This document shows, piece after piece, positions 1 to 8,798 of a stretch of 52,729 nucleotides of DNA. This DNA comes from a virus (lineage: Duplodnaviria; Caudoviricetes). Location: positions 1 through 52,729 of the IMG/VR virus record IMGVR_UViG_3300010299_000005, one strand, 5' to 3'. How positions within the stretch are numbered: the stretch's first letter is position 1; every line of letters starts with the position of its first letter. Both the position numbers and the translations under genes were made by a program. The notes under the pieces are model-generated. The model was not told where the DNA came from. It did not search any database and was given only the letters and a program-made list of their open reading frames with translations.

Positions 1-944
1 GGCTTGAAATTGCCCTTTGTGCGCTTATCGACAAAATCACGAATTTGAATTCCATCTTCAGCTTTTGAAATGGGCCAAATGCAAATATCAGCAGAAATAT
101 CAACACACTTTGCAGCAACAGTATCAGATGATACGTTTGCTAAATCGGCATAGAATTTCTGTGTATATGTTTGACCGTGAGAGCGTGCAGTAAAGTATGT
201 ATTAATGCCCGCTTCAGTGTACACTGTTGATTGGTGCAGACTTTGTTCAGATCGACCATCCCACTCGTAAATGTTGCCCACAGGAATGCCGAGGCGAGTG
301 AACGTGCTAGCGTGTCCTTTCGGAACACGAAAGGTAAACGTCCATTTATCTGTTCGTTGCAATTGTTCAATTTTGCTACGGAGGTGTTCACCTGACCACT
401 GACGAGAAGAATTTTCATGCCCATCGGTAATCACTTGAACGAGAAACGAGACGTTTGAATCTTTAGCATCCGAAAGTGCTTCAAGGTTTTCGATAACCAT
501 TTTGATAGAATCATAAAGCGGTGTTGATCCACCACGTGCATTATAGTTATCAATAATGATGTTATTGAGGCGCGTAGCTGGTATATTGGCAAGGCGCACG
601 ACATTTGACGCATACCACATATCATTCGCACCACACATAACGTGTGTGATGTAATTTTCAAGCTCAGAGTTACTTTGATCACCGATACTGCGAATGAGTT
701 GATTAAAATCGTTTTTTGCAGCATTGTGAATTCCATGCATTGATGCACTGTGATCTGTTACAATACCAACGTGTGTAACATATGGCTTTTTCACTGCTGT
801 TTCAACGCCAGGAATTTTCAAGCGAGGCACCGATGTACTTACTTCTTTCTGTTTATTTTTTTCAGCACGCTTACGTGCACGATAACGTCGGTCCGATTCT
901 CGTTTTGCTTGACGGCGCTCTTCTTCTGTTTTGTATTTTCTCAT
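1..944 (-). CDS. vWA-domain protein (3' end runs off the window; missed by the ORF track)
   Basis: Hand translation from ATG at 944 is open to the window edge: MRKYKTEEERRQAK...VGIVTDHSASM (MIDAS DxSxS)...GGSTPLYDSI...VQVITDGHENSS. Confidence 0.85.
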   Translation of the reverse strand, partial: MRKYKTEEERRQAKRESDRRYRARKRAEKNKQKEVSTSVPRLKIPGVETAVKKPYVTHVGIVTDHSASMHGIHNAAKNDFNQLIRSIGDQSNSELENYITHVMCGANDMWYASNVVRLANIPATRLNNIIIDNYNARGGSTPLYDSIKMVIENLEALSDAKDSNVSFLVQVITDGHENSSRQWSGEHLRSKIEQLQRTDKWTFTFRVPKGHASTFTRLGIPVGNIYEWDGRSEQSLHQSTVYTEAGINTYFTARSHGQTYTQKFYADLANVSSDTVAAKCVDISADICIWPISKAEDGIQIRDFVDKRTKGNFK

Positions 945-950
945 TTTGAT

Positions 951-1151
951 TTATTTCGAGTTAGTTGTTTCGTTTGACGAATGCGGTGGCAACGGTCTCC
1001 ACTTTGGAGTGAGGCGTTCGATTTCCGACGCGCGATGTAGCTCGCACAGTGGTATATATTCTTCACCAATTTGCACTTCACCTGTTGCATGTTCCTGGCA
1101 GCCAATCATATCACAGATTACTGCCAAATCACGTTTTTTCTGAAAGGACAT
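951..1151 (-). CDS. small hypothetical protein, possible Zn-binding (CDMIGC...LCELH)
   Basis: ORF in a co-directional early-gene array; Cys/His pairs. Confidence 0.55.
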   Translation of the reverse strand: MSFQKKRDLAVICDMIGCQEHATGEVQIGEEYIPLCELHRASEIERLTPKWRPLPPHSSNETTNSK

Positions 1152-1165
1152 ATAGGCAACATCGG

Positions 1166-1357
1166 TTATTTTTTTAATAAATCAACTACTTTTTTTCTGA
1201 TAATGAACCCAGATGCAATTACTCTAAAGGGGGAGTAATTATTAGCGCCATTGATCCATGTTTGAGATAGAGCATGTTGGGTTTGAAACTCCCAGGGTTC
1301 ACCTGACTCAATCAGCTCAGCACAAAGTTTAATTTGCTCTAAAGAAGGTGTTTTCAT
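1166..1357 (-). CDS. hypothetical protein
   Basis: ORF; ATG at 1357 (MKTPSLEQ) preferred over the upstream GTG. Confidence 0.55.
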   Translation of the reverse strand: MKTPSLEQIKLCAELIESGEPWEFQTQHALSQTWINGANNYSPFRVIASGFIIRKKVVDLLKK

Positions 1358-1420
1358 GTTTATTTGATTTTTTTTGCACAAATACGTGCTAGTTTCCACC
1401 CCATAGCAATCTGTTTAATG

Positions 1421-1642
1421 TCATTTTTCATGATATTCTCTTAATGTATTGACTTCACTTTCACATAAAAATATACAAGCATTCTCTTCGGTATAGAAAA
1501 ACCAACAATTCAAACCTTTAACCGTTCTCGAAGTTCCAGAATATTTAATTTTTCGGATTTTGTTTGATCTGTCAATGAGAATGTACCATTGATCTTGTTT
1601 TAAACTTTCTGTCTTCATTGTCAGTTTATTAGATGTGTTCAT
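1421..1642 (-). CDS. hypothetical protein
   Basis: ORF; its start overlaps the stop of the upstream gene (TAATG). Confidence 0.6.
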   Translation of the reverse strand: MNTSNKLTMKTESLKQDQWYILIDRSNKIRKIKYSGTSRTVKGLNCWFFYTEENACIFLCESEVNTLREYHEK

Positions 1643-1863
1643 TATTTTTCAAATTTTTCAATTACGTCGCCCAACATTTTCGCGCACAACCTATATGTCG
1701 CCGAAGAATATGCACACCCGCGCATTTCTGGTGTTGACTCTTCTGGCTTGCTACAATCGGGAATATTGGCCAATTTGGCATATCCCACTGATTCTTTTTG
1801 GAAGTACTGTTGAAGGTATTTTAGGTCTTGAATGAGTTCGGTCATTAATAGCGAGCTATACAT
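1642..1863 (-). CDS. hypothetical protein
   Basis: ORF translationally coupled to 1421..1642. Confidence 0.55.
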   Translation of the reverse strand: MYSSLLMTELIQDLKYLQQYFQKESVGYAKLANIPDCSKPEESTPEMRGCAYSSATYRLCAKMLGDVIEKFEK

Positions 1864-1923
1864 TTGTTTGCTGTTTTAGCAAGGTTTTGTTGTGTTATTT
1901 TTTGATACATGTTTCTTGATATA

Positions 1924-2232
1924 CTAAGGGAAAACCTCCATGCCTATTTCCATCAGATCGCCATACTCCAAGAAACCGAATTGTTTTTTGTCGTGATCAA
2001 TAATTAGAACGTCATCATCTCCTCCATTGCAAAAATGCAGATTTTTGTAGCCTTTTTTTTCTAATGCTTTACATACTCGTCGGTGACTCCAAATAGTACC
2101 AATGTTTGTTTTGTCATTAAACACTCCACTTGACCCGTATCCAATATGTTTGCAATACTCTTTTATATGAGCATCACCCGACTTATATTTTTTGGTTATT
2201 TTGTCTTTATTGACTATCTCTTGAATTATCAT
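1924..2232 (-). CDS. hypothetical protein
   Basis: 102 aa ORF with phage-like composition in the co-directional array. Confidence 0.65.
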   Translation of the reverse strand: MIIQEIVNKDKITKKYKSGDAHIKEYCKHIGYGSSGVFNDKTNIGTIWSHRRVCKALEKKGYKNLHFCNGGDDDVLIIDHDKKQFGFLEYGDLMEIGMEVFP

Positions 2233-2405
2233 AATAGCTAAACTTAATTTTCGACGTTAAACATGTAGTCCCTTATTCCTCTTCTACAAAGCAGTTAAAA
2301 TTACATTCACAAGAAAACAACACCCTCCCATTTGAAGCTCCCAAGGAGTTGTCCTTTATAATGGATAGCGTATATGGTATTAGGATGTGTTATGGGTGGT
2401 TTCAT

Positions 2406-2771
2406 TTATTCGTGCGGTTGTAAATTGTATTCTCTGATAAGCTTCTCTGCAGATTCAACATCAACATAGATCCATAAAAAATAATTTGGCGCCGCACCTA
2501 TAGTTGATGCACCGATGTCATAATATTTCTTACCACCATATTCTGTTTCATCTCGCAAAATACATGTATAATGTGTGTTTCTTGATGCAAGGCAAATTTG
2601 TAAAACTTCCTCGACTGTTTTACTTGTTGGTTGTCGTGCAAAGGACTCCGAACAATCAAGCTTATCTACTTTTACACTATATGCAACATTTATTGCTTTT
2701 CGCAAAAACTCTTCTCTTGCTTTCGGCAAATAATAAAAAGCTTGTCTAATTTGTTGCATGTTATTCTTCAA
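2406..2771 (-). CDS. hypothetical protein
   Basis: 121 aa ORF; the true start may be ATG at 2759. Confidence 0.65.
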   Translation of the reverse strand: MKNNMQQIRQAFYYLPKAREEFLRKAINVAYSVKVDKLDCSESFARQPTSKTVEEVLQICLASRNTHYTCILRDETEYGGKKYYDIGASTIGAAPNYFLWIYVDVESAEKLIREYNLQPHE

Positions 2772-2847
2772 GAATAAATTTGCACTTTACACGCTTGCCA
2801 CTCTCTCATATTCGTTGTTATAGTTTAATGTCGGTTCCTAAAAAAGC

Positions 2848-2884
2848 AAAAAAAAAGTGGGGAAATTTCTTTCCCCACTTTTTT
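2848..2884. terminator. intrinsic terminator (bidirectional-looking)
   Basis: AAAAAAGTGGGGAAA-TTTC-TTTCCCCACTTTTTT hairpin just downstream of the 2904..3245 stop. Confidence 0.85.
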
Positions 2885-2903
2885 GTCTTTTATTTTTTTG
2901 GAA

Positions 2904-3245
2904 TCAGTCGGCCACGTTCTGCTTCATCTGAGTGATGTAGTCGTACTCTTGCTGAGCACCGATCTCCCACTCACCAGGAGGAATGTCGATCGCGGTATGA
3001 CGCTCAGAGATGACACAGCTCACTTGAGTTGGCACACTGTTGCGCATAAAACGCTTACCCTCGGTCTTGAGGAACTCAACACCTGCCTTGCGGTCGATGA
3101 CGTGGTGGTTACCAGTCACTTCCGATTCTGCAATGATCACACGCAGCTCATTGTGCTCTTCGAGAACAGCGTCCGCAGGAATCTTTGCTTCCTTAATGAG
3201 GCATTCTCCATGGAGAAACCCTGTAATGGTCTTTTTGTCTTTCAT
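2904..3245 (-). CDS. small His-rich cupin-like protein, typical partner of DUF6745-type proteins
   Basis: HGEC, IIAESEVTGNHH and HTAIDIPPGEWEIGAQQEY motifs. Confidence 0.7.
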   Translation of the reverse strand: MKDKKTITGFLHGECLIKEAKIPADAVLEEHNELRVIIAESEVTGNHHVIDRKAGVEFLKTEGKRFMRNSVPTQVSCVISERHTAIDIPPGEWEIGAQQEYDYITQMKQNVAD

Positions 3246-3315
3246 CTTTTCAATATGGTCTATTGTATTTAGTTTTCAACTATTTTTTTTCTTTTTTTTG
3301 TCTCTGTAGGATTGC

Positions 3316-4263
3316 TTACGCGATGCCTTTAATATTGATATTATCAACACCAAGGCGGTCGGTAATTGCGTCTTTCAGAGTTCGGCAGGTAGGACTAACG
3401 CCTTCAACGTGCCACACACCAGTAGTTTGGTTGAGCATTTTGAGGTGCGGTGCATATTCAACACCCTCGAACAGATTCGCCATATCCCACAGCTCATACT
3501 CAGAGCGAGTCCACCAATCGATGTCATACTTTTCATATGTATCGATCTTCTTACCCTCACTAAGCAGACGCTCAACACCAACCTTGCGAATAAATTCAGC
3601 TTTTTGGTCAGCGTTAGTGAGTGTTTTGAGCTTAGAAATGTCGATTTCTGTCGACTTTTCAACCGCAAGCCACTCCGGTACGCGTACCGCATTCAGCATA
3701 AAGATGCGAATATTGCCACGCCCGGCGTATTCCATCGCAGGCCCGCCGTCGCAGTGAATGACGCGATCTTCGTTGATCTTGATAGTAGTAGGCTTCTGAC
3801 TCACGAAACACACATTATCCAGCGGGAAGATGCATCCCAGCTCACTCGTGCTTTTCCAGATCTCATACTCTTCAGTAGAGTCTTCAAAGTCGATCTTGAG
3901 TTCGGTTTGCATGTAATCATAGAACGAGAACATGGACGCATCGAACGAGCCGCAGAGCCAAGGCATCGAGAACATTTCGAGGTGAATCTTATTAGATCCG
4001 TCGAAGTAAGAGTCGATTGCCTTGGGAAGGTCGGCGACAGAAGTGCCCTGAATTGCGAAGTTACAACCAACCCAGGCCTCGAAAGGATCATCAACGATGA
4101 TAACTGGTGTTTTGGCTCGCTTCAGGAGCTTCTCCTGTACTGCGTGAATGATATCCACGGTTCGGTCATAGTCGAGTCGGTCGGTATTAATACCGACGTT
4201 AATCCACTTTTCGACATATCGTGGCATCGCCGCTTTTTGCTCTTCTGTTAAAGAAGTAATCAT
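3316..4263 (-). CDS. DUF6745-like protein
   Basis: MITSLTEEQKAAMPRYVEKW N-terminus, IHCDGGPAMEY...LNAVRVPEW, and C-terminal LKMLNQTTGVWHVEGVSP; ATG at 4263 preferred. Confidence 0.7.
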   Translation of the reverse strand: MITSLTEEQKAAMPRYVEKWINVGINTDRLDYDRTVDIIHAVQEKLLKRAKTPVIIVDDPFEAWVGCNFAIQGTSVADLPKAIDSYFDGSNKIHLEMFSMPWLCGSFDASMFSFYDYMQTELKIDFEDSTEEYEIWKSTSELGCIFPLDNVCFVSQKPTTIKINEDRVIHCDGGPAMEYAGRGNIRIFMLNAVRVPEWLAVEKSTEIDISKLKTLTNADQKAEFIRKVGVERLLSEGKKIDTYEKYDIDWWTRSEYELWDMANLFEGVEYAPHLKMLNQTTGVWHVEGVSPTCRTLKDAITDRLGVDNINIKGIA

Positions 4264-4316
4264 TTTTGGTTTATTTTGGTAAGTTAAGGTTAGTTGCAAC
4301 AAAAGCAACTTTCTAC

Positions 4317-4345
4317 ACTATAACTGATTCTCGTAAACTGTTCAA
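4317..4345 (-). promoter_or_regulatory. sigma70-like early promoter
   Basis: TTGAAC-N17-TATAGT on the minus strand. Confidence 0.65.
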
Positions 4346-4480
4346 CTATTTTTTTGGAAGGGATTGTTTTTATGTAAAGAGAGATTCTCAGTTTTCTCCA
4401 CCTACTATTACAAGATGCAACGAATCGTCTTTTTACACGCAAGACATCGCAGCAGCCTACTGTATTTTTTAAGTGAGCTC

Positions 4481-4780
4481 TCAAGCACCTTCCTCACCTT
4501 TAAACTTATTAAGCTTTAGACGAGCATATTCTTGAAGAATGATAAGTAACTCATCTGAATCACCAAGTAACTCTATACCAATAACAATACGAAAATTATT
4601 TTGAAGCGCACTGCTCGGTAGTTCTTCAGTGTTGCGCTTGATTATTTCAAAATTACTCTCTGACGATCGGATGAGGTAACCAGTAAGGTACTGCGGTAAA
4701 ATGCTATAAAATAATATTGCTCCACACGTTAAAAGCAGTACCAAACGCGAAAACTTGTTTAATAAATTTTCTTTGTTCAT
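4481..4780 (-). CDS. hypothetical membrane protein
   Basis: N-terminal hydrophobic segment LVLLLTCGAILFYSIL. Confidence 0.55.
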   Translation of the reverse strand: MNKENLLNKFSRLVLLLTCGAILFYSILPQYLTGYLIRSSESNFEIIKRNTEELPSSALQNNFRIVIGIELLGDSDELLIILQEYARLKLNKFKGEEGA

Positions 4781-4923
4781 GTTATTGTTTAGTTAGCCTC
4801 AAATTCACTACAGACAAAACATAATTTGTTCATCACCCGGTGGAATTTATATTGATGTACTGAATATTCTGCTTATTCATCGTGTTCTATTTCATGGGCT
4901 AGCATCTCACACACGATAAAAAT

Positions 4924-4983
4924 GGAGAACAAGCGGATGGACTCAACCGCCTATCGGCGGCGAGTCATTCTTGGCGTTCGTCT
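4924..4983 (+). mobile_element. attC-like integron recombination site
   Basis: GAAC-N5-GGATG(G)ACTC-AACCGCC-TATC-GGCGG-C-GAGTCATTC-N5-GTTC: imperfect hairpin with paired R boxes, L boxes and an extra unpaired G. Confidence 0.7.
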
Positions 4984-5193
4984 TCAATCTTCAACCCCTG
5001 CGAAGATCGCTAAATTAAGAAACACGATGACCTGCCCAGCGATGAGCTTGCAGCATCCAGCGAAGTCTAGGTGCAGCCATGCTGTCAGTATGCAGGTGCC
5101 GATTGGTGAGAGCAGGACGGCAGCGGGCGCAATGAACAGCCACGCCCACCACGGAGCGAAAGACGAACGATTGGATGGAGAGGAACGGCTCAT
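4984..5193 (-). CDS. small GC-rich two-TM protein inside an attC-bounded cassette
   Basis: MSRSSPSNRSSFAPWWAWLFIAPAAVLL...VIVFLNLAIFAGVED; starts inside one attC-like site and stops at the edge of the other. Confidence 0.55.
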   Translation of the reverse strand: MSRSSPSNRSSFAPWWAWLFIAPAAVLLSPIGTCILTAWLHLDFAGCCKLIAGQVIVFLNLAIFAGVED

Positions 5194-5230
5194 AAGGCTT
5201 CTGTCACGGTTTCGATCTCTTGCGTTCTGC
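5161..5230 (+). mobile_element. second, more degenerate attC-like site
   Basis: AGACGAAC-GATTG-GATGGAG...CGATCTCTTGC-GTTCTGC; its AAGACGAAC is the exact reverse complement of GTTCGTCTT at 4976-4984. Confidence 0.55.
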
Positions 5231-5284
5231 GATAAATTGAATTTGCTGTTTGGAGTCGTCCAGCACCACTCGCACCACACATTG

Positions 5285-5809
5285 TCAATATTCAATACCT
5301 TTTTCAATTTGTCGGCAAGTACTATTTGCAATCTGCCGAATCACATTCCAGTGTGGCCTAAAGCTACTGGGCGTCTCCCAGTGCTCCAGCCTATCACCTT
5401 TAGGAGTGCCGTGTAATAGCAGGTACGCTCCTCGACGCGCAGCAGCAATAGGACAGTTTTTATGAGTTACTTCAAACAACATATTAAATAGATTATCTAC
5501 CTCTGTTGTAAGGATATTACTCGCCCATGTATCTGTATTGGTAAAATTATGCCGAGCATAATCCCACCACGTTCCATCGATGTTCTCTTTAATACCGAAC
5601 TTAGGACCATAACCTAAAAAACATGCTGATGCTCCACATTCATAACTAACATCACACGGATTTTTTGCCTCTTCATCTGCTGATAAATAGAACTCCTTAA
5701 TATTAAAAGTAGATGGTGATACACCAGATCTTACACCAACACTAAGTTTTGCAATATTGCGAAACTGCTTCGCTGTAATTCCGATATCCTTTGGTTTTTG
5801 TGTTTTCAT
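5285..5809 (-). CDS. hypothetical protein (CGASACFLG motif)
   Basis: 174 aa ORF. Confidence 0.7.
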   Translation of the reverse strand: MKTQKPKDIGITAKQFRNIAKLSVGVRSGVSPSTFNIKEFYLSADEEAKNPCDVSYECGASACFLGYGPKFGIKENIDGTWWDYARHNFTNTDTWASNILTTEVDNLFNMLFEVTHKNCPIAAARRGAYLLLHGTPKGDRLEHWETPSSFRPHWNVIRQIANSTCRQIEKGIEY

Positions 5810-5848
5810 TTGTTATAAAGGTATGTGTTTTTCTAATTTGAACAACTA

Positions 5849-6442
5849 TTATTCTCGAATAATTCCTGCTTTTATGCCAGGCAAATTTTCGAAATTTGTC
5901 TCTGGTGTTTTTTTGCTCATGAGTTCTTTAACTCGATCGAGAGAAATGGGCTTATAATCATGACAATCAACACCACAATCAAAGCTAAGCGATTTCGGAT
6001 CATCTGAAAGAGTGCCGTGCGAATGACCGTACAGGTGGTATGTTCCCCTGTGACTTTCATTCCATACTCTCATTGCGTAGTGGCAGAGAGTGAATTTGTG
6101 TCCGCTAATTTTTGTCTCAAGGAAGTGAGGATAAACCGTCACTTTGCGTGCAAGCTTATCGTTGCCAAAATTGTGATACCAATCAAGAAATGTCTTATCA
6201 TGATTGCCTTTAATAAAATGCATATGAGCGAAATTAAGGCGGCGCATCACCCTATCGACACCAAGAGCGTTGCCAAACGCAAAGTCACCAAGATGATAAA
6301 CAACATCGTCAGGAGTAACTACCTCGTTCCAGTTTTCAATAAGCCTCTCATTCATCTCCTCTGCATTCGAAAACGGACGCAGGCAATACTTGATAATATT
6401 TTCATGGAAAAAATGGGAATCAGCTACAAAGTAATAGTTCAT
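5849..6442 (-). CDS. calcineurin-like metallophosphoesterase
   Basis: DSH, LGD, GNHD, HY and GHSH motifs. Confidence 0.92.
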   Translation of the reverse strand: MNYYFVADSHFFHENIIKYCLRPFSNAEEMNERLIENWNEVVTPDDVVYHLGDFAFGNALGVDRVMRRLNFAHMHFIKGNHDKTFLDWYHNFGNDKLARKVTVYPHFLETKISGHKFTLCHYAMRVWNESHRGTYHLYGHSHGTLSDDPKSLSFDCGVDCHDYKPISLDRVKELMSKKTPETNFENLPGIKAGIIRE

Positions 6443-6675
6443 AAAGATTTATTTTTATTTTTTGCTAAATTAATAAGTTTTCTATGATTACGCTTCCAGC
6501 GCTCGAGTTTAGTTAGAGAAGGTGTTCCGCATTTAAGTGTATCCCACGATTTTGCACATGCTTTATTCCACCTCTCAAGCCACTCACTGGGGTTACTACT
6601 CTTTTTATATCTTACGTATAAAGATCGTATGCGGCGAGTTGCTATCATGTATGTATTTTTAAATGTATAGAGCAT
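6439..6675 (-). CDS. basic hypothetical protein
   Basis: ORF overlapping the phosphoesterase start (ATGA). Confidence 0.55.
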   Translation of the reverse strand: MLYTFKNTYMIATRRIRSLYVRYKKSSNPSEWLERWNKACAKSWDTLKCGTPSLTKLERWKRNHRKLINLAKNKNKSL

Positions 6676-6689
6676 TTCTTAAGAGATAA

Positions 6690-6718
6690 ACTATAACACA
6701 TAAAAACAAAAAAATCAA
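6690..6718 (-). promoter_or_regulatory. sigma70-like early promoter
   Basis: TTGATT-N17-TATAGT with extended TG. Confidence 0.65.
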
Positions 6719-6939
6719 CTAGTTTTCTTCTTTGTCTCTTCAAACACTACACGCTCAACTCTTTCGATTACTCTATATTCAGATGACAACCCCTCTCTTT
6801 GAAGCTGCTTGCATTCAGCAATTGCAGCATTTTGTGATAGGTCAGTTGGAGCTTCAGGACAATCGTGCCACCTACCTCTACTGTTCCACGTCTCACTTAG
6901 CCCTGGATATCGCATTTGAATAATGTTGGATATTTTCAT
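6715..6939 (-). CDS. hypothetical protein
   Basis: 74 aa ORF in the array. Confidence 0.6.
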   Translation of the reverse strand: MKISNIIQMRYPGLSETWNSRGRWHDCPEAPTDLSQNAAIAECKQLQREGLSSEYRVIERVERVVFEETKKKTS

Positions 6940-6942
6940 ATA

Positions 6943-7407
6943 CTAAAATATTTTTTCTAACTGCTTTCTTGAAACATCCGCTACTATTGCTACACACGCA
7001 TATTTTTGCTTTTCATCCTTTTTAAAGCTGTGTGGCATATGAAAGTCAAAATTTGCGCAACTGCTTCGCTCAAGAAATATATCATCACATCTATATGGAC
7101 TCTTTTTATCCTCTGTTTTAGAAGTAATACAAAGAGTACCACTACCATATATCATAATAATTATTGAACTTGCTGATATAGGCGATAGAGAATCAACGTG
7201 CATTCCTACATCATGAAACACATATGTATTGCAGTCGTAAATTTTCGGCTTTTTTATACCGCGTGCTTTTAATAAATCAATAAAGAACTGCTTTACATTA
7301 AAATTACTTATAAAAAAATGCTCAACAGAAAAATCAAGATATTTCACTGTAGCATCAATAGTAGGTAACTGATTTAATTCAGCTTTTTTTAACTCGATTG
7401 TTTTCAT
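6943..7407 (-). CDS. possible 2OG-Fe(II)/cupin-fold protein
   Basis: HxD (MHVDS) plus a distal His (FHMPHS) in a beta-rich context. Confidence 0.4.
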   Translation of the reverse strand: MKTIELKKAELNQLPTIDATVKYLDFSVEHFFISNFNVKQFFIDLLKARGIKKPKIYDCNTYVFHDVGMHVDSLSPISASSIIIMIYGSGTLCITSKTEDKKSPYRCDDIFLERSSCANFDFHMPHSFKKDEKQKYACVAIVADVSRKQLEKIF

Positions 7408-7678
7408 TTATTGAGGGTAGGTTAAGTAAAGAGAGTGTTTTTGTGCATAGTCGCTGAATTTTATTAAAAAGACCATCAAGCGTTTTATCTAGTGAATTTA
7501 TTGCTTCCATGTGTGGTGGATTGTATTTTGTATCACAACATAAAGGCGAGTATTTGATAGTGAAAAAGAAGATCTGCTTATTTCTATTAAAACCGCAACT
7601 CCAACTCTACGGGTCAAGCAATCATATAAATTACCTACAATATGTTCTGTAAGGTTGACATCGTTTATACCCACAATA

Positions 7679-8278
7679 TTATCCTCCTAAGAATGTATTC
7701 CAGTCCTCTCTAAGGGCATCAAAAATAAGCCCATTCTTAGGCTTTTCCGGTGTCCATAGTAATTTAAGGCCAAACTCACTCGGCGTTCTATCACCCTTTT
7801 CGGTGTTAAGCGTTCTATCACATGTAATCAAATTCTCCCACGTATCTTTACCACCTCTGCTAACAGGCAGAATGTGATCGATGGATAACTCGTGCTTTTG
7901 TAGCTTCTTACCAGTATAACCACATGTGAATTTATCACGCTTAAAAATGTTATTCTTAGTAGGAAATTGGACCTGCCTAAAAACAACTTTATGAAAGCGT
8001 GAACACACAACCACAGATGGCAACCTAACCGGGCCACTCGTAGTGTGAACATAATCATCGCAGTCGCGTATTGGCAATTTCGACCAATCCTTCCAATCAC
8101 GTACTAGATTGAGATATTCAACTGTCCTGAGATCAAACCCACCATTATCATCTTGTGCATATTGTATATCTAGCGGATGCGCTGCGCCAGAAAAAATATT
8201 AACGATGATATCAGTCCAGTTACCAATGCCAACAGGAAAATATCCACTATTGAGTTTGAGGATAGGTCTTTTATTCAC
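7679..8278 (-). CDS. HNH endonuclease
   Basis: IFKRDKFTCGY...SIDHILPVSRGGKDTWENLITC...NTEKGDRTP. Confidence 0.9.
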   Translation of the reverse strand: MNKRPILKLNSGYFPVGIGNWTDIIVNIFSGAAHPLDIQYAQDDNGGFDLRTVEYLNLVRDWKDWSKLPIRDCDDYVHTTSGPVRLPSVVVCSRFHKVVFRQVQFPTKNNIFKRDKFTCGYTGKKLQKHELSIDHILPVSRGGKDTWENLITCDRTLNTEKGDRTPSEFGLKLLWTPEKPKNGLIFDALREDWNTFLGG

Positions 8279-8283
8279 ACAAT

Positions 8284-8312
8284 ATTATATGAGTGTAATG
8301 ATTGTTTTTCAA
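8284..8312 (-). promoter_or_regulatory. sigma70-like promoter
   Basis: TTGAAA-N17-TATAAT, only 5 nt before the HNH GTG start. Confidence 0.7.
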
Positions 8313-8330
8313 GTGGGATTTTTTTAAATA

Positions 8331-8768
8331 TTATTCTTTTTCAGGCTGAACTTGAAGACATAAAAGCCCGATATCTCTCCACATATTCACCGGACCGTTT
8401 CGATCATCAAGAACAAATTCAACATCAAATTTATTTTCAATTTGATCTCTATAAATTTCTTCTTTTACAATATAGTCCTTGCGGTAATCTCCTTTTCCAC
8501 GCATGTGAAGAATATCATATGGTATATTATTCTTTTCAAACCACTTGCAAGTCTCTGCCGCGCAATTATCTCTATCCTCACGTCCTGTTATGAAAATAAT
8601 AGTGTAGTTAAGTGCTTTGAATGCTTTTACAATATTAATTACGGGTATAATCGGTATATCACAACCTACACGGCTCATATCAAAGATGTCGCGATCACCA
8701 CGCTCAGCAACAGTACCATCAATATCAACTATTATAGCACCTCCTGACCTGTTCTTATATACACTCAT
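8331..8768 (-). CDS. HAD phosphatase resembling the 3'-phosphatase domain of T4 polynucleotide kinase (PseT)
   Basis: DIDGT, ITGR, MRGKGDYRKDYIVKEE and LDDR...MWRDIGLLCLQV. Confidence 0.88.
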   Translation of the reverse strand: MSVYKNRSGGAIIVDIDGTVAERGDRDIFDMSRVGCDIPIIPVINIVKAFKALNYTIIFITGREDRDNCAAETCKWFEKNNIPYDILHMRGKGDYRKDYIVKEEIYRDQIENKFDVEFVLDDRNGPVNMWRDIGLLCLQVQPEKE

Positions 8769-8798
8769 TTATAATAATATACTGCAGCACTACAAAAA

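Noticed and set aside
140-748. ORF-track entries 140..424 and 431..748
   Set aside because: They are alternative-frame shadows of the vWA gene at 1..944.
3409-4251. 280-aa antisense ORF
   Set aside because: It mirrors the DUF6745-like gene, has no motifs, and is explained by codon bias.
4922-5416. 164-aa plus-strand ORF
   Set aside because: It runs through both attC-like hairpins against local transcription and has an implausible composition.
7679-8278. Intron-encoded homing endonuclease
   Set aside because: It is free-standing with its own promoter; no interrupted host gene or group I intron structure was recognised.
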